A stretch of 64,000 bases of DNA from Promethearchaeota archaeon. GTDB taxonomy: Archaea; Asgardarchaeota; Lokiarchaeia; Sigyniarchaeales; SOKP01. Below, piece after piece: positions 58,783 to 64,000 of the stretch; within the stretch, counting starts at the first letter, position 1; each line of letters opens with the position of its first letter. A model generated the notes under the pieces. It ran no database searches. It saw only the letters and a list, made by a program, of their open reading frames with translations, and had not been told where the DNA came from. The stretch covers positions 9,478-73,477 of the forward strand of contig JAHPZI010000018.1 in NCBI GenBank assembly GCA_019058295.1. The letters are read 5' to 3'. Made by a program: the position numbers and the translations under genes.

Positions 58783-60285
58783 ATGGATATAACTCCTAAA
58801 TTAATTCATAAAAGTTATAACAACAAAGAGTTAAACAAATCCTCTGCTATTGAACAATTAATCTCAATCGTCGAAAATTCCGATAACATTAATGCAAGGC
58901 TAGAAAGCATAAATTTTTTAGGAGTTATTGATGCTCAAACTAATGAGGTTTTTAAGCTTTTAGAGAATTTATTAATATCAGATTCAGACCCCCAAATTAG
59001 ACAGCTTGCAGCCGTAACTTTAAAAAATCTTTTTGAAGAAAAAGCTTTATCTCCAATATTATGGGCTTATCGACATGAGCCTTCATTGGATTGTTTAACT
59101 ACTATTATATCAATTTTGGGCGAAATAAATAACCAGAAATCTAAAGCTTTCTTAATTGAAAAATTAAACAAAATCAATAATCCCATATTTGAAAGCGGTT
59201 TAAGGAACATCTTTAAAAACAAGAATATTGAAAGTTTGTCGGGTGTAGAACTCGCAGAAATAATTAATAATTATATTATAATTGATTATTTTGAAAAAAA
59301 ATTCATAAGGATTAATTTCGCAGCAGAAAATGCTTTAGTTACCGAATTAGACTTATCTTGTGTGAGTAGTAATATTTTTGGATGGAATATATTAAAAACT
59401 TTACCTGAGTTTATAGCAGTTTTAAAATCGCTTAAAAAATTGGATTTAAAAATAAATAGGATTTTGAAGGTTCCCTCCTCTATAGGATCTCTTTCTTCAC
59501 TTGAATATCTGGATTTAAGTAATAATATCATTAAAAAACTCCCTGAATCGATTGGAAAACTCAAATCATTAAAATATCTCTATTTACGATATAATAACTT
59601 AAAAGAAGTTCCAATTTCGATAGGTTTGATCAATTCTTTAAGAATTTTAGACCTACGTCATAATAAATTAATAATCCTTCCCGACTCAATTAAAAATCTA
59701 TCTTCGCTTGAAGTTTTAGATTTGCACGGAAATCAATTAAATGAACTTCCAGAATCGTTAAAAGCATTACATTCACTAAAGCAGCTTGAAATAGGTGTTA
59801 ATAATTTAGAAACTTTTCCAGAATGGATAAAAGGACTTCTTAGATTAGAAAAACTAGGTTTAGGAGGAAATAAATTCTTAAACACTCTTCCTGAATGGTT
59901 AGATTCTCTTCATTCATTAAAAGAATTACACCTATACGATACAAATTTAAAAGATCTGCCTACCTCTATTGGATTGTTATCATCCTTAGAAGAGTTAACT
60001 TTAAGAAATAACCAACTCTCGACTTTACCGAGCACATTTAGAAATCTAACAAGTCTTAAAAAATTAAATTTAAGTTGGAATAATTTTACTTCTCTCCCAG
60101 AATGGATAAGTTCTCTATCTTCCTTAGAAGAATTAAATTTATGGGGGAACTGGATTGAAGAGTTGCCAGAGTCTATGGGGTCCCTGTCTTCCCTCAGGAT
60201 TTTAAATTTAACATATAATAAATTAAAAAATATTCCCGAATCGTTAGAACAATTAGAAAATAACGGATTGACAATATATAAATAG
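58783..60285 (+). CDS. HEAT-repeat + leucine-rich repeat protein
   Basis: LENLLISDSDPQIRQLAA; LRR array. Confidence 0.92.
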   Translation: MDITPKLIHKSYNNKELNKSSAIEQLISIVENSDNINARLESINFLGVIDAQTNEVFKLLENLLISDSDPQIRQLAAVTLKNLFEEKALSPILWAYRHEPSLDCLTTIISILGEINNQKSKAFLIEKLNKINNPIFESGLRNIFKNKNIESLSGVELAEIINNYIIIDYFEKKFIRINFAAENALVTELDLSCVSSNIFGWNILKTLPEFIAVLKSLKKLDLKINRILKVPSSIGSLSSLEYLDLSNNIIKKLPESIGKLKSLKYLYLRYNNLKEVPISIGLINSLRILDLRHNKLIILPDSIKNLSSLEVLDLHGNQLNELPESLKALHSLKQLEIGVNNLETFPEWIKGLLRLEKLGLGGNKFLNTLPEWLDSLHSLKELHLYDTNLKDLPTSIGLLSSLEELTLRNNQLSTLPSTFRNLTSLKKLNLSWNNFTSLPEWISSLSSLEELNLWGNWIEELPESMGSLSSLRILNLTYNKLKNIPESLEQLENNGLTIYK

Positions 60286-60300
60286 GTTTATCTAAACATT

Positions 60301-61641
60301 ATGGAACTAACACCTGAAAAAATTTATAGAAATTATAATAATAAGACCTTAGATAAGATCTCGGCAGTTGAAAATTTGATCTCAATCGTCGAAAATTCCG
60401 ATAACATTAATTTAAGGCTAGAAAGCATAAGAATATTGAGAAATATTGGCGCTCAAACTAATAAAGTCTTTAAATTTTTAGAAAATTTATTATTATCTGA
60501 TTCTCACGAAAAAATAAGACAGTTAGCAGCTGAAACTATGAAGAATCTCTTCATAGAAAAAACATTAGAACCAATGAAATGGGCTCTTCAGCACGAGGAA
60601 TCTCCTTATTGTCTAAATACAATATATTATACGTTAATTAATATCATATCGAAAATAATAGAGGAAAATGCATTAGTAGATGAAATAAAAAAAATTAATG
60701 ATCGAGAATTTAAAATTGGTTTTGAAATTTTATGTGAAAATAAGCCCATTAATAGATTTACTAAAATAGAATTAGCTGATATACTAATTAATTATTTTAC
60801 GATATTATATTTAAAGAAAACCTATTGGCGATTAAAATTTAAAATTGAAAAATGCAAAATAGTTGAATTAAATTTTATATTTAAAGGACTAACTAGTATC
60901 CCTGAAGCAATAAAAAATCTATCTTCGTTAAAATCATTGATCTTAAGATATAATCAGATTTTAAGCATACCTGATTGGATTGGCTCTCTATCATCCCTTG
61001 AAAGCCTCAATTTAAATATTAATAATATTAGGAGTCTACCTGAATCCATAGGTTCGCTTTCGTCTTTAAAAGAATTATCCTTATGGAAGAACGAATTAAT
61101 TTTTCTTCCTGAGTCAATGGGTTCTCTTTCTTCTTTAGAAACTTTGAATTTGAGACTAAATCAGTTAGAAGCACTTCCAGATTTTATTGGCAACCTAACT
61201 TCCCTTAAGGAGTTAAATTTACACGATAATAAGTTACCCGCAATCCCATATTCAATTGGTTCCCTTTCTTCATTAGAAAAACTTAATTTAAGTTGGAACG
61301 AATTAAAAATCATTCCTGAATCTATCGGTTCCCTATCATCACTTAAAGAATTAGATTTAGGAAGAAATGAGTTAGAAAAGATTCCAGACTCAATAGGCTC
61401 TCTAACTTCTTTACAATTATTAAATATTAGTGAAAATAAATTAATTAGTATTCCTGAAACGATAGGCTCTCTTTCCTCACTTGAAATTCTTAATTTATCT
61501 AGAAATGAATTAATATATCTTCCTGAATCTTTAAAGGGACTTACATCATTAAAGGAATTATATTTAGGAGATAATCGTTTTAAAGATTATCCAAAAGCTC
61601 TAAAGATATTAGAAAACAATAATGTTAATATCTATTATTAG
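60301..61641 (+). CDS. HEAT-repeat + leucine-rich repeat protein
   Basis: LENLLLSDSHEKIRQLAA; very regular 23-aa IPESIGSLSSLxxLxL repeats. Confidence 0.92.
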   Translation: MELTPEKIYRNYNNKTLDKISAVENLISIVENSDNINLRLESIRILRNIGAQTNKVFKFLENLLLSDSHEKIRQLAAETMKNLFIEKTLEPMKWALQHEESPYCLNTIYYTLINIISKIIEENALVDEIKKINDREFKIGFEILCENKPINRFTKIELADILINYFTILYLKKTYWRLKFKIEKCKIVELNFIFKGLTSIPEAIKNLSSLKSLILRYNQILSIPDWIGSLSSLESLNLNINNIRSLPESIGSLSSLKELSLWKNELIFLPESMGSLSSLETLNLRLNQLEALPDFIGNLTSLKELNLHDNKLPAIPYSIGSLSSLEKLNLSWNELKIIPESIGSLSSLKELDLGRNELEKIPDSIGSLTSLQLLNISENKLISIPETIGSLSSLEILNLSRNELIYLPESLKGLTSLKELYLGDNRFKDYPKALKILENNNVNIYY

Positions 61642-61642
61642 A

Positions 61643-63400
61643 TTATTGCGTTTCATATAATTCTTTAATTTCTCGAACGGTCGTGACATCTTTTGGTCCT
61701 TTTTCGGGTCTTAATCGTTGAAATACAGGAAATCTCATTGAATAACCTAAGGAAGAAAATTTTTCACTTACAGTAATCTCATCTCCAATAATTTCTATCA
61801 CGACTTCTGGTTTAAACCATACCTCAGGTTTGTCTTCACATATCACGTAATTAGGTTTCATACTAACTTCATATTGCTTCATATTTTTTGTTAAAGACTC
61901 AGATAATTCATCAGTTAGACCTGAGAAGAATCTAGTAAAAGCAATAAAAACATCATTTTCTGGGTCATACACAGCTCCAATATATGTCCCAAAAACTCCT
62001 GTCCTGCGACCTTTACCATAGAGTGCGCCTATAATAACAACATCCACAGAATCTTTTAATTTTCCTCCTTCTAATCCTTTTAATTTAATCCATATAAAAC
62101 CTCGATTACCTGCTTGATATACTGAATTTTCCTTAATTGATTTTGCCATGATTCCTTCAGTTCCTTCCTTCCTAGCCTTATTAAAAAAGTCTAGGAGCTC
62201 TTCGGTTGAGTTAATAGTTATTGATTTAACCAACCTGAGATCATCTCTTTCTAATAATATTTCTTCAAGTTTTTTACGTCGCTCTAAAAATGATTTATCA
62301 ATATATGATTCTTCCTCATACTTCAGTAAATCAAAAAGAAATACGCACACAGGTACCTCCTTTGCGATGTTTTCAATGTCGTGCACGCGTCTTCTTTTAC
62401 TTAGAACTTGAAATGGAAGCATTTTTTCATAAAAAGGATCCATCGCTACAACTTCACCTTCTATAATAACATTATCACACCTAATATTTTCTCTTATTGT
62501 TTCACATACATCGGGATACTGCTCAGAAATATCTAATAATCTTCTTGAGAATAATTGTATCTTACCATTTTGTTTATGAATTTGAAGTCGCTCCCCATCA
62601 AGTTTATGTTCTGCTGTAAATGGAGCCCCTAATTTAGTAATGATTTCTAGATATGGAACTCTTGAGGCTAACATCATTCTTATAGGTGTTCCATAAGAAA
62701 TCTCAATTTTATTTACCTCATCAATGCCTTCCTCAGCCAAAATTAGTGTTATATCTCCTAAATCGGGATGTAAATTAAATGCTCGTTCTATAATATCCCT
62801 ATTCTCTTTAACTCCTGTAAAACCAATAGCCAAACCGTCGATAATTGTTTGAGTTGATACTCCAACCCTTAGAGTTGAAGTTATTATCCTTAACAAATAC
62901 TTATTTTCCAAAGGTGAAAATTTACCCATAAGCCCTCTTAATATTCCTAACTTTATGTCATGAGAACCAGATCCTTCAGTTTTCGCAATTTTTATTAATT
63001 CAGAATATAAATCTGTTATTTCCAATGAAGGATATTCAGTAGGACCACTCTTTCCAAAATCAATGAGAGATGTTTGTTGCTTTTTTTTCGACAAAATCAA
63101 TTCTGCTGCAGCGCCGACATCGCCTTTCTTAATTAGTACTTCTTTAATCTTGTTTTTATTTATACCTGAGTGGACCGAGAGAGCCTCAATTAGCATCTTT
63201 TCTGCAATACCCATTTTCGGGAATTGTTTAATATTTGACACTAATTGACCTTGTAGAAGATAAATAATTTTATCTAAATCGTCGAAATATTTATTCTCCT
63301 TGATTTTTTTAAAGAAGATTGATAAAATATCAATCATTTCTAGTCTTTTCGTTGTGCTCTCTAGCTGAGAAAATAAATTTGCCAATTTACTGAATTTCAT
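61643..63400 (-). CDS. lig: ATP-dependent DNA ligase
   Basis: EHKLDGERLQIH (motif I), IEGEVV, FDLL, EGIMAK, WIKLK, MRFPVF; N-terminal DNA-binding domain. Confidence 0.97.
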   Translation of the reverse strand: MKFSKLANLFSQLESTTKRLEMIDILSIFFKKIKENKYFDDLDKIIYLLQGQLVSNIKQFPKMGIAEKMLIEALSVHSGINKNKIKEVLIKKGDVGAAAELILSKKKQQTSLIDFGKSGPTEYPSLEITDLYSELIKIAKTEGSGSHDIKLGILRGLMGKFSPLENKYLLRIITSTLRVGVSTQTIIDGLAIGFTGVKENRDIIERAFNLHPDLGDITLILAEEGIDEVNKIEISYGTPIRMMLASRVPYLEIITKLGAPFTAEHKLDGERLQIHKQNGKIQLFSRRLLDISEQYPDVCETIRENIRCDNVIIEGEVVAMDPFYEKMLPFQVLSKRRRVHDIENIAKEVPVCVFLFDLLKYEEESYIDKSFLERRKKLEEILLERDDLRLVKSITINSTEELLDFFNKARKEGTEGIMAKSIKENSVYQAGNRGFIWIKLKGLEGGKLKDSVDVVIIGALYGKGRRTGVFGTYIGAVYDPENDVFIAFTRFFSGLTDELSESLTKNMKQYEVSMKPNYVICEDKPEVWFKPEVVIEIIGDEITVSEKFSSLGYSMRFPVFQRLRPEKGPKDVTTVREIKELYETQ

Positions 63401-63558
63401 AAATTAATCCTAATAAAAATGTGAATATTGATAGTTACATATTTTAATAATGATTTAACTTTTTAAACTTTTAAAATCGTTGTTTAGAAATCTATCAAAT
63501 CTTAATAAACTAATAAATATCTAATAAACTATTTTTTAAGAAAAAAAGAAAAAAATAA

Positions 63559-63999
63559 TTATAATAATCTTGCTAATTCAGCATATTTCTTTTGAATTTC
63601 AGTCTTAACATTTGAACTTATTCCAGTAAAAGAATTTGTTGAAAATTTTATTGAATTTTCTTTAATCGAAAACTGACAGACAGGTCCATCCATCATTTCT
63701 ATACTGTATGACCCATCTTTTTTCTTACTAACCCAAATATCATCGTAATGGTCTAATATTGCCTTTAATACAAAAGAAATCCTTGCTTCTTCGACGGCAT
63801 TCTCTTCAACTTCTTTCGGAGCTGCTTCAGCTTTCGCTTCTTTTGCAGCGGATGAAGGTTCCAATTTGACAACGGGTGTAGGTAATTTTGAGCTCTCTGC
63901 CTTAACTGTTGGCGTAGGTAATTTTGAGCTCTCTGGTTTAACTGCTGGTTTAGGAGTAGGTTCTGATGAGATTACTCTAACATCCGCTTCCATCGTAGA
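63559..63999 (-). CDS. Hypothetical protein, C-terminal part (probably truncated by window edge) with Pro/Ser/Lys-rich 12-aa repeats
   Basis: Frame open to the window edge; VKPESSKLPTPT/VKAESSKLPTPV repeats. Confidence 0.6.
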   Translation of the reverse strand, partial: STMEADVRVISSEPTPKPAVKPESSKLPTPTVKAESSKLPTPVVKLEPSSAAKEAKAEAAPKEVEENAVEEARISFVLKAILDHYDDIWVSKKKDGSYSIEMMDGPVCQFSIKENSIKFSTNSFTGISSNVKTEIQKKYAELARLL

Positions 64000-64000
64000 A

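Noticed and set aside
6484-63248. Other short ORF-track entries overlapping long genes (e.g. 8181..8579, 13848..14159, 18331..18597, 18952..19350, 41124..41432, 56665..57042, 62148..62411)
   Set aside because: Antisense or alternate-frame shadows of well-supported genes with no motifs
63860-63950. DNA repeat AGGTAATTTTGAGCTCT as a regulatory or mobile element
   Set aside because: It is the 36-bp coding repeat of a low-complexity protein linker

Overview
AT-rich archaeal DNA, most consistent with an Asgard (Lokiarchaeia-type) genome. Supporting signs are GGTGA-type ribosome-binding sites, archaeal AMP phosphorylase and ATP-dependent ligase, HEAT-LRR and zinc-ribbon paralog expansions, and a eukaryote-like SECIS. 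The left part (1-20 kb) holds a sulfatase with its anaerobic maturase, hisS, pyrF, catabolic enzymes, and a hdrA-mvhD pair that the ORF track fragments because it contains four in-frame UGA (selenocysteine) codons, followed by a SECIS hairpin. The main discovery candidate is a seven-gene minus-strand operon (20008-30210). It encodes two radical SAM/SPASM enzymes, a B12-radical SAM enzyme, an ABBA (NphB/CloQ-type) aromatic prenyltransferase and three U32 (UbiU/UbiV-like) proteins, one fused to an SCP2 (UbiT-like) lipid-carrier domain. Five of the seven proteins carry copies of the same ~80-aa helical module (PCP_red/DUF2621-like), suggesting a docking-domain-assembled, O2-independent pathway to a prenylated, hydroxylated, methylated aromatic (quinone-like) lipid. 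The operon sits in a ~36-kb island with nine B12-radical SAM genes, a CDP-alcohol phosphatidyltransferase, glycosyltransferases, an acyltransferase and a deacetylase. Several genes appear to start at ATT/ATA/ATC codons. No rRNA, tRNA, CRISPR array or transposase was recognised. All family assignments are by eye from motifs; no database searches were run.
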